Shown here piece by piece: positions 1-10,119 of a DNA stretch of 64,000 nucleotides (position 1 is the stretch's first letter; each line of letters opens with the position of its first letter). The notes beneath the pieces are model-generated. The model was not told the origin of the DNA. It worked only from the letters and a program-made list of their open reading frames with translations, and did not search any database. The DNA lies in the NCBI GenBank assembly GCA_947623285.1, contig CANQGP010000004.1:74965-138964 (forward strand), given 5' to 3'. The position numbers and the translations under genes are program-made. This DNA is from an uncultured Clostridia bacterium. GTDB lineage: Bacteria; Bacillota; Clostridia; TANB77; CAG-508.

Positions 1-339
1 GCCGGAATGATTGAGCCTGGTGAAAAATCTGAAGATGGTGCTATTAGAGAATTAGAAGAAGAAACTGGATATATAGCTAATAACATAAAATTAATGCGTT
101 ATGAATATCCTTCTATTGGTTATTCTAATGAAAGGTCTTTAATCTTTTTAGCAACAGATTTGAAAAAAACTCATAGACATTTAGATGATACTGAAGATAT
201 AAAAGTAATAAAAGTAAATTTAAAAGATTTAAAGCAAATGTTAGATACAAATGAAATTTTAGATGCAAGTACAACAATTGCTTTATTACATTATTTTATG
301 TATGAAGAACCACATTATTTAGAAAATATAAAAAAATGA
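1..339 (+). CDS. NUDIX hydrolase (ADP-ribose pyrophosphatase-like), 5'-truncated by the window edge
   Basis: The frame is open from nt 1. The translation contains the Nudix box GMIEPGEKSEDGAIRELEEETGY. Confidence 0.8.
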   Translation, partial: AGMIEPGEKSEDGAIRELEEETGYIANNIKLMRYEYPSIGYSNERSLIFLATDLKKTHRHLDDTEDIKVIKVNLKDLKQMLDTNEILDASTTIALLHYFMYEEPHYLENIKK

Positions 340-346
340 AAAAATC

Positions 347-375
347 GGGCATTGAAATCAAAGATTTCAGTGCCC
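347..375 (-). terminator. Intrinsic terminator hairpin downstream of the signal peptidase gene
   Basis: A 13-bp stem (gggcattgaaatc / gatttcagtgccc) with a 3-nt loop. On the minus strand it is followed by a T-rich run (gattttttcattttttt). Confidence 0.5.
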
Positions 376-405
376 ATATATGTGTTGCAAGTTACTTTAC
401 AACTT

Positions 406-960
406 TTATTGATTTATTCTAGCTTTATATTTTTTTCTAATAATTTCCTTTGCTATAATAGCATAAATTACATAAATACAAATTATAAACAGTATAATTA
501 ATACCATTCCTTTAGGATTATGCACATATTTTACAATTTTTCCAATTAATGGGATTTTACATATATATTTTCCTTGTATTTGAGATTCTTCAACCACATT
601 TACGTCAGGAATAGTATTGTTATCTCCCTTAGTTTTAAAAAACTTCTCTCCGTGGTTGTCTTCAACGACATGTGTTACTCTATGTGTAACAATAATATTA
701 TCTTCAAAGCTTTTATATGAAATTATATCTCCCTCTTTTATTTCATCAATGTTAACTTTTTTTATAATTATCATATCATCTACAGATATATTTGGTTCCA
801 TGCTTCCTGAAATAACAATAAAAGGTGTAAAGCCAAATACATCAGGTATTTCTTTAGAATTTGTTTCAGATTTAATAATTAAAACTGTATTTACAAATAT
901 AATTGAAATAGATAGTATAATGATAATAGCTTTTAAAGTCTTTTTTATGATTTTTAACAT
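406..960 (-). CDS. Signal peptidase I, SipW/ER-type
   Basis: SGSMEP catalytic-Ser motif and VTHRV (His-type) motif, with N-terminal and C-terminal TM segments. Confidence 0.8.
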   Translation of the reverse strand: MLKIIKKTLKAIIIILSISIIFVNTVLIIKSETNSKEIPDVFGFTPFIVISGSMEPNISVDDMIIIKKVNIDEIKEGDIISYKSFEDNIIVTHRVTHVVEDNHGEKFFKTKGDNNTIPDVNVVEESQIQGKYICKIPLIGKIVKYVHNPKGMVLIILFIICIYVIYAIIAKEIIRKKYKARINQ

Positions 961-994
961 TATTATTTAATTTTTTCCTTCCTGAAAAATGGAT

Positions 995-2368
995 TTAATT
1001 TTTCTTTTTTTCTTCTTTAAGTTTTGGCTTTTTAATGCTATATTTAACATCCTCCTTTGTATAATACTCAGGCTTTATTCCTACTTTATCTCTCATATAA
1101 TCTAACATTATAACAAGAGCTGCAGTAAATATACATCCTACAATTATAAATGTATTTGCTGTTGAAGTTATATTTAATAACACAGAGCAAATAAATGTAA
1201 ATAATGCTATTGATAAATTTGCTGTTAAATTTTTAAACGCAGAGATTTTTGAACGGATTTTTTTGTTCGTAAAATTATTTAAATATCTCGACATCAATCC
1301 CATATACGGTCCCCTAACACTTTGTTGGATAAAATATAGCAATACAATTAGTATTAAAGAAGATTTTGATAAAGGATCTTTTCCTATAAATCCAATTAAA
1401 ATGCATGACACTGTTACTGGTACAGATAAAATTGTTAGTGTTTTGTTTTTTAATGCTTTTTGAATTTTGTCTTGATATCTAGCAAGTAATCCAGCTCCTA
1501 TTTGTAAAGCTGCAAATATAATTCCAAACCATGCTTCTGGTACTTGCATCTCTTTTAGCATACTGCTTCGTAAATTTACTACTCCTAAAAGTACCCCCAT
1601 AAATATTGCGTTAAATATAAACAAGCTTTTAACTCTCTTAGATTTTTTAAAAAATTGAAATGCATCTTTTAATTGATTTATGTATGTTTTCAAAGATATA
1701 ACTTCAACTTTCTCTTCTACTATGGTTGTATGATTAAATCTTAAAGTATATATTGTACATATAACACAAGTTATGAAACATAAAATCATAGGTATATATC
1801 CATTTATTGCAAATGTTAATCCTGCAATTACTGATGAAATTCCATCAAAATAGAAAAAGTTTGACGATGCCTTTGCTTCTATCTTTGAAAACAATTTTCC
1901 TCTTTTAACATGTGCAGGCAAAGACTCATACAATATATTTGTTTCACATATTCCTTTAATTGAATATCCCAATGCATATATAAATTGAATTATTAGCAAT
2001 TCATAATAATTTTTCATAAAAATCATTGCTAAAATACTTATTGAATATAAAACATTTCCGACAATTAAAGAATTTCTCTTCCCTATTCTATCTACAAGCC
2101 ATGTTACAGGTATTTGCCAAAACGTATTTGCCAAAGTGTAAAAAGTATCTGCAAATAATGCTTGTGATGCAGAAAATCCTTTTACTTGAGTTAAAAACAA
2201 GAAAATTATTGGGTAATAGAATAATAAATCCCATGATATCATTCTATAAAAAGGGAACATTTTTACATTTTTCTTTTTTCGTTTTATTGACTTTCGTTTC
2301 TTTGATGGTTCTTTTCCTTTGTCCATTTTTTCCTCTCTTATCTTTACTATATTTTTTTGCTTTGTCAA
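995..2368 (-). CDS. MFS-type transporter with a Lys-rich N-terminal tail
   Basis: About 12 hydrophobic segments and an MFS motif-A-like LVDRIGKRNSLIVG. The N- and C-terminal tails are Lys-rich. Confidence 0.6.
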   Translation of the reverse strand: MTKQKNIVKIREEKMDKGKEPSKKRKSIKRKKKNVKMFPFYRMISWDLLFYYPIIFLFLTQVKGFSASQALFADTFYTLANTFWQIPVTWLVDRIGKRNSLIVGNVLYSISILAMIFMKNYYELLIIQFIYALGYSIKGICETNILYESLPAHVKRGKLFSKIEAKASSNFFYFDGISSVIAGLTFAINGYIPMILCFITCVICTIYTLRFNHTTIVEEKVEVISLKTYINQLKDAFQFFKKSKRVKSLFIFNAIFMGVLLGVVNLRSSMLKEMQVPEAWFGIIFAALQIGAGLLARYQDKIQKALKNKTLTILSVPVTVSCILIGFIGKDPLSKSSLILIVLLYFIQQSVRGPYMGLMSRYLNNFTNKKIRSKISAFKNLTANLSIALFTFICSVLLNITSTANTFIIVGCIFTAALVIMLDYMRDKVGIKPEYYTKEDVKYSIKKPKLKEEKKKN

Positions 2369-2450
2369 TATTAATATATTAGAATTTCTAGCATTACAAT
2401 TAATAAAATTAGCATTTTTACATAAAATATAAATATTAAAAGTATATTTT

Positions 2451-3089
2451 ATGGAGTTAATTATGAATCAAATTCTATTAGTTAAAGATAATAAAGAATT
2501 TAATAAAAAATCATTTGCTTTGAAAACACAATTTATATTTTATTTTATTATCTTTATTTCTCTAATTTTAATATTTATATATATGCGATATAACTCTCAA
2601 AAAAATTCTAATCAAATTGCAGCGAATTTATCTAATAGTTATCACGTTTATCGTTTATATGCAAACAATACTTCTTTAAATAAAACTTCAAATAATCCTT
2701 ATATTATTGGAAGTATAGAAATCCCAAAACTTAACATTTCTTATCCTGTTTTCTCTACATTAACAGAAGAACTTTTGAAAGTTTCTCCATGCCGCTTTTA
2801 TGGTGAAATTACTGATGATAGTAATTTGTGTATTGCAGGTCATAATCTTGATAATAATGCTTTTTTTAGCAGAATACGAACTTTAGTAAAAAATGATAAA
2901 ATTATTATTACTGATAAGTCTAATTACAAATATACTTTTTCTGTTTTTGATAATTATGAAGTATTACCTTCAGATTTGTCCCCTATCTATTCTACTAAAA
3001 ATAATAAGAAAGAATTAACCTTAGTCACTTGTAATAATAAAAATGACAAGCGCATAATTATTAAATCCAAACTTATATTTACTAATTGA
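2451..3089 (+). CDS. Sortase (cysteine transpeptidase)
   Basis: N-terminal TM segment, His motif IAGHN, catalytic TLVTCN, and a downstream Arg (RIIIKS). Confidence 0.75.
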   Translation: MELIMNQILLVKDNKEFNKKSFALKTQFIFYFIIFISLILIFIYMRYNSQKNSNQIAANLSNSYHVYRLYANNTSLNKTSNNPYIIGSIEIPKLNISYPVFSTLTEELLKVSPCRFYGEITDDSNLCIAGHNLDNNAFFSRIRTLVKNDKIIITDKSNYKYTFSVFDNYEVLPSDLSPIYSTKNNKKELTLVTCNNKNDKRIIIKSKLIFTN

Positions 3090-3106
3090 ATTTATTTACA
3101 CTAAGA

Positions 3107-4117
3107 TTATTCCTTTTTATTTTTGCATATATAATTCCATGAATCATTACACATATCTTCTAAAGTTTTTTCTGCCTTCCACCCTAATTCTTTATATGCT
3201 TTTTCTGCACTAGAATAATAACTTGCAATATCTCCTGCTCTTCTAGCTGTTACTTTGTATGGAACTTTTTGCCCTGTTGTTTTTTCAAAAGTTTTTATAA
3301 CATCAAAAACACTATAACCAATTCCTGTTCCTAAATTATATATAAATAAACCTTCTTTTTCTTTATCCAACTTATCTAAAGCATTTACATGACCTTTTGC
3401 TAAGTCTACAACATGTATATAATCTCTAACTCCTGTTCCATCAGGTGTTTCATAATCATCTCCAAACACAGAAAGTTGCTCTAATTCACCATTTGCTACT
3501 CTAACTATATAAGGCATCAAATTATTAGGAATTCCTTGAGGTTCTTCTCCAATTAATCCACTTTCATGAGCTCCAATTGGATTAAAATATCTTAATATAC
3601 ATATATCCCATGTTTTGTCTGACTTATAAATATCTTTTAATATTTGTTCAATATATAATTTTGTTGTACTATATGGATTAGTTGTTCCCCCTATTTTACA
3701 TTCTTCTGTTAGAGGTACAACTTCAGGTTCTCCATATACAGTTGCTGTTGAACTAAATATAAATTTTTTACAACCATATTTTTTCATAGTTTCCAAAAGC
3801 ACTAGTGCTCCTGAAACATTATTTTTGTAATATTCAATAGGTTTCTGTACAGATTCTCCAACTGCTTTAAATCCTGCAAAATTAATAACTGCATCAATTT
3901 TATTTTCTTCAAAAACTTTTTCCAGTTCTTTTCTATCTAAATAATCAATTTTGTAAAATTTGAAATCTTTACCTGTTATTTCTTTTATTTTATTTAAAAC
4001 ATCAGGTTTACTATTTGAAAAATTATCAATTATTACAATTTCTTTATCAGCATTTAATAGTTCTACAGCCGTATGACTTCCTATAAATCCTGCTCCTCCT
4101 GTTATTAATATTGGCAT
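3107..4117 (-). CDS. galE: UDP-glucose 4-epimerase
   Basis: ILITGGAGFIGSH Rossmann motif, the YSTTK (YxxxK) catalytic motif, and full-length similarity to GalE. Confidence 0.9.
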   Translation of the reverse strand: MPILITGGAGFIGSHTAVELLNADKEIVIIDNFSNSKPDVLNKIKEITGKDFKFYKIDYLDRKELEKVFEENKIDAVINFAGFKAVGESVQKPIEYYKNNVSGALVLLETMKKYGCKKFIFSSTATVYGEPEVVPLTEECKIGGTTNPYSTTKLYIEQILKDIYKSDKTWDICILRYFNPIGAHESGLIGEEPQGIPNNLMPYIVRVANGELEQLSVFGDDYETPDGTGVRDYIHVVDLAKGHVNALDKLDKEKEGLFIYNLGTGIGYSVFDVIKTFEKTTGQKVPYKVTARRAGDIASYYSSAEKAYKELGWKAEKTLEDMCNDSWNYICKNKKE

Positions 4118-4128
4118 GATTTTCCTCC

Positions 4129-5511
4129 CTATTTTTTGCTTATTTCCACTCCATTTGTAGTATCTTTTATATTATATCCTTTTTCATTTATCATATTTCT
4201 TAATTTGTCTGATTCTTCCCAATTTTTATTTTCTCTTGCTATTTTTCGTTTCTCTACTAATTCAAAAATTTCTTCTGGTATTTCATTATTATCTTTATTT
4301 TCGTTAATTTTCAAACCTAAAATACTATCAAATTTTAATAATAATTCTGCTAATTTTTTAGATTTCTTTTCATAACGTACAACTTCCCAAACTACACTCA
4401 TTGCTAATGGCATGTTCATATCATCATTAATTGCTTTATGAAATCTTTTTTCAAATTCTTCAATTATATTATCACCTATATAATCTTCGCTATTTGCATG
4501 AATTTCATAACCATTTTTTAATCTTTCCAATGATTTAGCACTTGCATCCATTGCTTCCCATGTGAAATTTATTTTATTTCTATAATTTCCTGAATATAAA
4601 AATATTTTATATACTAATGGATCATAACCTTTATTAATCAAATCATTCAATAAATAGACATTTCCTAAACTCTTTGACATTTTTCCACCATTTATAAGTA
4701 AATATTCTCCATGCATCCAATAATGAGCTGGATTTTTTCCACATTTTCCTTTGCTTTGCGCTATTTCATTTTCATGGTGTGTTGGAATTAAATCAATTCC
4801 CCCTGTATGTATATCAAATACTTCTCCTAAATAATGTTGACCCATTGCAGAACATTCTATATGCCATCCAGGATAACTTGGTCCCCATGGACTATCCCAC
4901 TTCATTAAATGATTTTCTGGAGCTTTTATCCATAATGCAAAATCATATGGATTTCTTTTTTCTTTATCTATTTCTACTCTAGCTCCGGCCTTTTGATCAT
5001 CTAAATTCAAATTTGATAATACTGGGTATTTATCTAATTTAGAAATATCAAAATAAATTGCTGTAGAAGTTTCATATGCATAACCATTATCTATTAAAGA
5101 TTTCACATAATCAAGCATAATACTTATATGATCAGTTGCTTTACAAATTATTTCTGGTGTCTCTATATTTAAATTTTTTAAATCTTCAAAAAATAATTTT
5201 GTATAATGTTCAGCTATTTCTTCTGGAGTTTTATGTTCCTCTTTTGCTGATTTTACTATCTTATCTTCTCCATCGTCTCCGTCTGATACTAGATGTCCTA
5301 CATCTGTTATATTCATTACATGTTTTATTTTATATCCGTTATATCTTAATACTCGTCTTAAGACATCTTGAAATACATTCGTTCTCAAATTTCCAATTGT
5401 TGCATCTTTATATACTGTTGGCCCACACGAATATATTTTTACTTCACTTTTATCAATTGGTATAAACTTTTCTTTTTGTTTTGTTAATGTATTATATAAA
5501 TATAATTCCAA
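4129..5511 (-). CDS. cysS: Cysteinyl-tRNA synthetase
   Basis: Class I aaRS with the CGPTVY...IGN (HIGH-like) motif, KMSKS, and the WHIECS zinc site. Confidence 0.95.
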   Translation of the reverse strand: MELYLYNTLTKQKEKFIPIDKSEVKIYSCGPTVYKDATIGNLRTNVFQDVLRRVLRYNGYKIKHVMNITDVGHLVSDGDDGEDKIVKSAKEEHKTPEEIAEHYTKLFFEDLKNLNIETPEIICKATDHISIMLDYVKSLIDNGYAYETSTAIYFDISKLDKYPVLSNLNLDDQKAGARVEIDKEKRNPYDFALWIKAPENHLMKWDSPWGPSYPGWHIECSAMGQHYLGEVFDIHTGGIDLIPTHHENEIAQSKGKCGKNPAHYWMHGEYLLINGGKMSKSLGNVYLLNDLINKGYDPLVYKIFLYSGNYRNKINFTWEAMDASAKSLERLKNGYEIHANSEDYIGDNIIEEFEKRFHKAINDDMNMPLAMSVVWEVVRYEKKSKKLAELLLKFDSILGLKINENKDNNEIPEEIFELVEKRKIARENKNWEESDKLRNMINEKGYNIKDTTNGVEISKK

Positions 5512-5522
5512 TATTTACCTCC

Positions 5523-8084
5523 TTATTCTTCTCCTCCTTCTGGTTTCGGAGAACTTCCTGCTGGTGTTGGTGTAGCTGGTTCACTTGGTGTTGTAGGTGA
5601 AGGTGATGGTTTAGGTGTGGTAGTAGTATTTGTGGTTTCTTTAGGCTTTTCTTCTTGTACTGGTGCTGTATGTACATTACATGTACCTGTAACTCTTTCA
5701 CCTGATGCTGAAGTTCCTTTTAAAGGCTTCCATAATTTTGTATTTTCCTTTGGTACAGCTCCTCCATACACATTATTTTTTGTTTCAGGACAATATGGTG
5801 TTGCAATTAATCCTGTTACAGTACAAATTTTTTGTGTTCCATGTCCTTCACAATTTTCTGGTAAATTATCTTTTGTAAATATTTCTGTATATTTATTACT
5901 ACAACCAGATGAAGCAATACAACCAGAATCTCTACATGCTGTTTCCTCTACAATTCCTGATGGCCTTTGGAATTTTGCGTTTTGTAAAGACTTGTGTATA
6001 TCTGTCATTACAGCATCCCATAGTAATCCTGCAGGATTATTACCATTTGTAACTTCCTCATTTTCATCATATCCATACCAACATGCTGCTGAATAATATG
6101 GACTAAATCCGCATAGCCATCTATCACAGCTATTGTCTGTTGTACCTGTTTTTGCTGCAACATCCATTCCTGGTATAGCACAATATGTTGCTGTACCATG
6201 TGCTCCGTTTACAGGTTCTTGTAATATTGATGATGTAATATAAGCATTTTGTTCTGATATAGCTCTTTCTTTTTCTTGTTTTGGTGTTAAAACTACATTT
6301 CCATTCGCATCTTCAACTTTAGTATAGAAAGTTGGTGTAATATGTATTCCTCCATTTGCTATTGTTCCATATGCTGATGCCATTTCTAATGGACTTACAC
6401 CATTTTTCATACCACCAATTGCTAATGATAATACTTCATCTTCTTCATTTAATGTAGTGATTCCCATTTTTTTCAAATATTCTAATGATTTTTCTGGTTT
6501 TAATTCTGCCATAATTTTTAATGCAGGTATGTTTTGAGATGTTTCAATGAATTGTCTTATATTAACAATTCCTTTAAAACCATTATAATTTTTAGGTGTA
6601 TATCCTCCTCCAAAGTCTGTTGCATTATCATCATATACTGTTGCTGCTGTAATTACTTTTTCTTCTAATCCTGGGGCTACTGATGCAAGTGGCTTCATAG
6701 AAGAACCTGTTTGTTTCTGCATTTGTGTAGCTCTATTCCATCCTCTAGCTTCTGTCTTTTCTCCAAGTCCTCCTGCTACTCCTACTACATTTCCTGTTTT
6801 ATAGTCTATAACTGCCATTCCTGCTTCTGAATGTTCGTTTAATAAAGTACCGTCTGATTTTTTAGCTCTTCCTTTTGAAATATATTTATCTTTTTTAAAT
6901 TCTTCTTCTAATCTAGCTTGCACATTAGCATCTACTGTAGAATAAATTTTTAATCCACTTCCATAAACATAGTTTTCAGCTAATTCTTTAGATATTCCTT
7001 TTTCTTCCATAATTTGATTAACTAATTGAGTAATCATTGCATCTGTATGGTAAGAATATATATTATTTGATGCAATTTGACCTTGAGTAAATGTTAACCC
7101 TGCATCTACTTTATCAACTGCAGCATTATATTCTTCTTCGTTTTCTATATATCCTAGTTCTTTCATTTTTGCTAGAACAGTTTTTGTTCTATTTTTAATT
7201 TTTTCGGTATTATCTGTTGATGTATCATATGGGCTATAATTGTTTGGTGAATTGTTTATACCTGCCATAAATGCACATTCTGCTAAATCTAAGTCTTTTG
7301 CACTCTTTGCAAAATAATATTGCGATCCTAGTTCAACACCATGAACATTTCCTCCTACATACAAGATATTTAAATATAACTCTAATATTTGATCCTTTGA
7401 AATCATACGTTCAACTTGATAAGCTTTTGCCCATTCTTTTACTTTTCTCATTATTCCTGCTAATCCACTACGTTCGTCATCTTTAGTTATATTTTTAACT
7501 AACTGTTGTGTTATAGTACTTCCACCATAAGAACTATTTTTAAATATTGTTCCAATAATAGCTCCTGCTGTTCTTTTGAAATCTACACCACTATGTTTGT
7601 AAAAACGCTCATCTTCTATTGCCACATATGCTTTTGGCAAATAATCAGCCATTTCCTCTAATGTAACTATTTGTCTTTTTTCATCTCCACTTAATTCAGT
7701 TATTTTATTTCCTTGTTGGTCTACAACCACTGAATTTGCTGTTGCTATTGTCAACTCTTCTTTAGTGATTTCAAAATCATCTCCAAATAGTCCAAAAAAT
7801 GTACCTGCTATAATACCTGCTCCTATTATGCATAATAGCAAGAATATTATAGTAGTCACTTTTAAAGTTGCTACTAATTTAGGATGTTTGCTTTTTTTCT
7901 TTCTTTTTTGGTTAGGACTTTTTCTATATAATTGTTCTCTTTCTTTGGCTGTTTGTTGTTTCATTTTTTTTATTGCTTTTGGTTCATCAGCTTCAACCTT
8001 TGATCTGCTCTTTCTAGTATTTGTGTATCGTGAATTTCTTGAAGAACCAGATTTTTTTCTATTTCTATAATTGTTGTTTGGCAT
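5523..8084 (-). CDS. Class A penicillin-binding protein (PBP1A-like) with a Cys-rich and Pro/Thr-rich C-terminus
   Basis: Glycosyltransferase motifs EDERFYKHSGVD and GGSTITQQL. Transpeptidase motifs SSMKP and KTGTT. A basic N-terminal tail plus one TM segment. Confidence 0.9.
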   Translation of the reverse strand: MPNNNYRNRKKSGSSRNSRYTNTRKSRSKVEADEPKAIKKMKQQTAKEREQLYRKSPNQKRKKKSKHPKLVATLKVTTIIFLLLCIIGAGIIAGTFFGLFGDDFEITKEELTIATANSVVVDQQGNKITELSGDEKRQIVTLEEMADYLPKAYVAIEDERFYKHSGVDFKRTAGAIIGTIFKNSSYGGSTITQQLVKNITKDDERSGLAGIMRKVKEWAKAYQVERMISKDQILELYLNILYVGGNVHGVELGSQYYFAKSAKDLDLAECAFMAGINNSPNNYSPYDTSTDNTEKIKNRTKTVLAKMKELGYIENEEEYNAAVDKVDAGLTFTQGQIASNNIYSYHTDAMITQLVNQIMEEKGISKELAENYVYGSGLKIYSTVDANVQARLEEEFKKDKYISKGRAKKSDGTLLNEHSEAGMAVIDYKTGNVVGVAGGLGEKTEARGWNRATQMQKQTGSSMKPLASVAPGLEEKVITAATVYDDNATDFGGGYTPKNYNGFKGIVNIRQFIETSQNIPALKIMAELKPEKSLEYLKKMGITTLNEEDEVLSLAIGGMKNGVSPLEMASAYGTIANGGIHITPTFYTKVEDANGNVVLTPKQEKERAISEQNAYITSSILQEPVNGAHGTATYCAIPGMDVAAKTGTTDNSCDRWLCGFSPYYSAACWYGYDENEEVTNGNNPAGLLWDAVMTDIHKSLQNAKFQRPSGIVEETACRDSGCIASSGCSNKYTEIFTKDNLPENCEGHGTQKICTVTGLIATPYCPETKNNVYGGAVPKENTKLWKPLKGTSASGERVTGTCNVHTAPVQEEKPKETTNTTTTPKPSPSPTTPSEPATPTPAGSSPKPEGGEE

Positions 8085-8255
8085 GTTATTATCCTCCTTG
8101 GCAATTTGCTATAAATTGACAATTGTATTATATTATATTTTTTAAAAAAAATAAAGGTTTTTTAACATTTTTTTGTTATAAGGGAAAGAAAGATTTTTAT
8201 AACATAAATTAATCGTTTTTTCATATAATTTAATATAATTATATGAGGTGATTCT

Positions 8256-9182
8256 ATGTATTATGTCTATGAAAATGACAAGCTTAGTAAGTATGAAAGG
8301 TTTTTCAGAACCTTTTTTTATCAAGTATGGTTAGAAAATAATCGAATACAAGTTGTATCTATTCCTAGGTTGAAATTGTTTGAAAAAGAAAATGGTCATA
8401 AATTAGCAAAAAGAAAAGATGTAATTAAGCGAAATCAATTAATACAAAAAATTGCTCAAAAAACTGTAAAAATATTAAATAAAACAAAGAGCAATAAAAT
8501 AATTGTAAGTAAAGAATTATTAAATGAAAAACTTTTTATCAATTATCTATATAGTCAAAATTTAGATATAGTTAATGGAAAATTTTTATTTAAACTACTT
8601 GTTCCTGAGATTTTAAGTTATTTGATAAAGAAAACTAATATTTCAGAAGAAGATTTAAAAATAGCTATTTTAGCTAATGATGTTAATGAAATTGTTTTAG
8701 GTAATATTAAATTATTAATACATAAATATAAAAATATCACTATAGTTACTAGACATGCTATGAAACTAAAAAACTTCCAAGAATCTCTATATGATAAAGA
8801 AGGTATTGTAATAGCGATAACAAATAATAAAAGAAATGCTTTGAACAAAGCTAATATTATATTTAACTTTGACTTTCCAGAAGAATTATTAAATAAATAT
8901 ACGATTTTTGAGTATGCTAATATAATAAATTTAGATAATAATGTTAAGATTAATAAAAAAAGATTTAACGGTGTAAATATCAATGATTATGAAATTGAAT
9001 TAAATAATAATAATTTATTAGATTTAGTAAATTATAATGAAATCATATTAGAAAAAAATTTTATCAAAAATTTATATGAAGCAAAATTATATAAAAGACA
9101 AAGTTTTGAACTTCTCAGAAATACTATACAAAAGGATAATGTTAAAATAAGGTATTTAATTGGAGAAAATACTAGATTTTAA
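8256..9182 (+). CDS. Hypothetical protein (308 aa, Asn/Lys/Ile-rich)
   Basis: Long ORF with SD gaggtg 6 nt upstream of the ATG. I recognise no motif except a degenerate Rossmann-like stretch, KIAILANDVNEIVLG. Confidence 0.5.
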   Translation: MYYVYENDKLSKYERFFRTFFYQVWLENNRIQVVSIPRLKLFEKENGHKLAKRKDVIKRNQLIQKIAQKTVKILNKTKSNKIIVSKELLNEKLFINYLYSQNLDIVNGKFLFKLLVPEILSYLIKKTNISEEDLKIAILANDVNEIVLGNIKLLIHKYKNITIVTRHAMKLKNFQESLYDKEGIVIAITNNKRNALNKANIIFNFDFPEELLNKYTIFEYANIINLDNNVKINKKRFNGVNINDYEIELNNNNLLDLVNYNEIILEKNFIKNLYEAKLYKRQSFELLRNTIQKDNVKIRYLIGENTRF

Positions 9183-9196
9183 AATCTAGTATTTTC

Positions 9197-10093
9197 TCAT
9201 AACACTATATCTCTTTTTAATAATTCCTGTTCTACTATTCCTGTTCCGATAAATTTTTTATTTAAATAAATTCTATATACTCCATCTTTTTTATTTTTTT
9301 GAGTAAGCTTAACTCCATTTATAAAATGTTTATATTTGTTTTCTTGTAATTCAATTAGTGGTTCGTTTTGAAATAATTTCTCAATATCAATGAAAGATTT
9401 TGAAAAATTACTTTTGAATGTTTCTAAATCTTTTTTTGAATTATAAATTTTTTCTAGTTCTTCAATTGTAATAGACTGACTTAATTTAAAATTACCTACC
9501 TGAACTCTTTCAAGTTCTGTCATGAATCCATAAGTTCCTAATTTGCTTGCTAAGTCTTCACACAAACTTCTTATATATGTGCCTTTTGAACATTTCACTG
9601 TAAATTTAATTTGTTTTTTATCTTTGTCTATTCCATTAAGTTTAATATTATATATTTCAATTTCTCTGGGTTCTACTTTTACTTGAATTCCTTTTCTTGC
9701 ATATTCATATAGTTTTTTACCTTTTATTTTTATTGCAGAATACATTGGTGGTACTTGCTTTTGTTTTCCTATAAATTGATTTAATGTTTTTTTGACTGTT
9801 TCTATTTTCAAAATTTCATAATCAACTTCTTTTTCTCCAACAATGTTTCCCTCTGCATCTGCCGTATCTGTTTTTTTGCCTAATTCTAAAGTTACATTAT
9901 ATATTTTATCATGATTAATTAAATATTTTGAACACAAAGTTCCTTTGCCAATTAAAAGAGGCAACACTCCTGTTGCCATTGGATCTAGTGTACCTGTGTG
10001 TCCCACTTTTTTATTAAAAATCTTTTTAACTTTATATACTACATCGTGTGAAGTAATTCCTTTAGGCTTATTAACTATAATAATTCCGTCCAT
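9197..10093 (-). CDS. truB: tRNA pseudouridine-55 synthase
   Basis: GHTGTLDPMATGVLP catalytic-Asp motif, plus synteny with rbfA and infB. Confidence 0.9.
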   Translation of the reverse strand: MDGIIIVNKPKGITSHDVVYKVKKIFNKKVGHTGTLDPMATGVLPLLIGKGTLCSKYLINHDKIYNVTLELGKKTDTADAEGNIVGEKEVDYEILKIETVKKTLNQFIGKQKQVPPMYSAIKIKGKKLYEYARKGIQVKVEPREIEIYNIKLNGIDKDKKQIKFTVKCSKGTYIRSLCEDLASKLGTYGFMTELERVQVGNFKLSQSITIEELEKIYNSKKDLETFKSNFSKSFIDIEKLFQNEPLIELQENKYKHFINGVKLTQKNKKDGVYRIYLNKKFIGTGIVEQELLKRDIVL

Positions 10094-10119
10094 TATTTCT
10101 CCTAATTATATATTTATTT

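Noticed and set aside
5492-5701. 69-aa ORF overlapping the PBP1A 3' end and the cysS start. A similar ORF occurs at 6008-6199.
   Set aside because: It is in a different frame of the PBP1A coding region. The translation is His/Gln-rich low complexity derived from the Pro/Thr-coding tract, and there is no SD.
8142-8324. 60-aa minus-strand ORF in the divergent promoter region between PBP1A and the 8256 gene.
   Set aside because: It overlaps the start of the better-supported plus-strand gene. It has no SD, and its AT-rich translation has no features.
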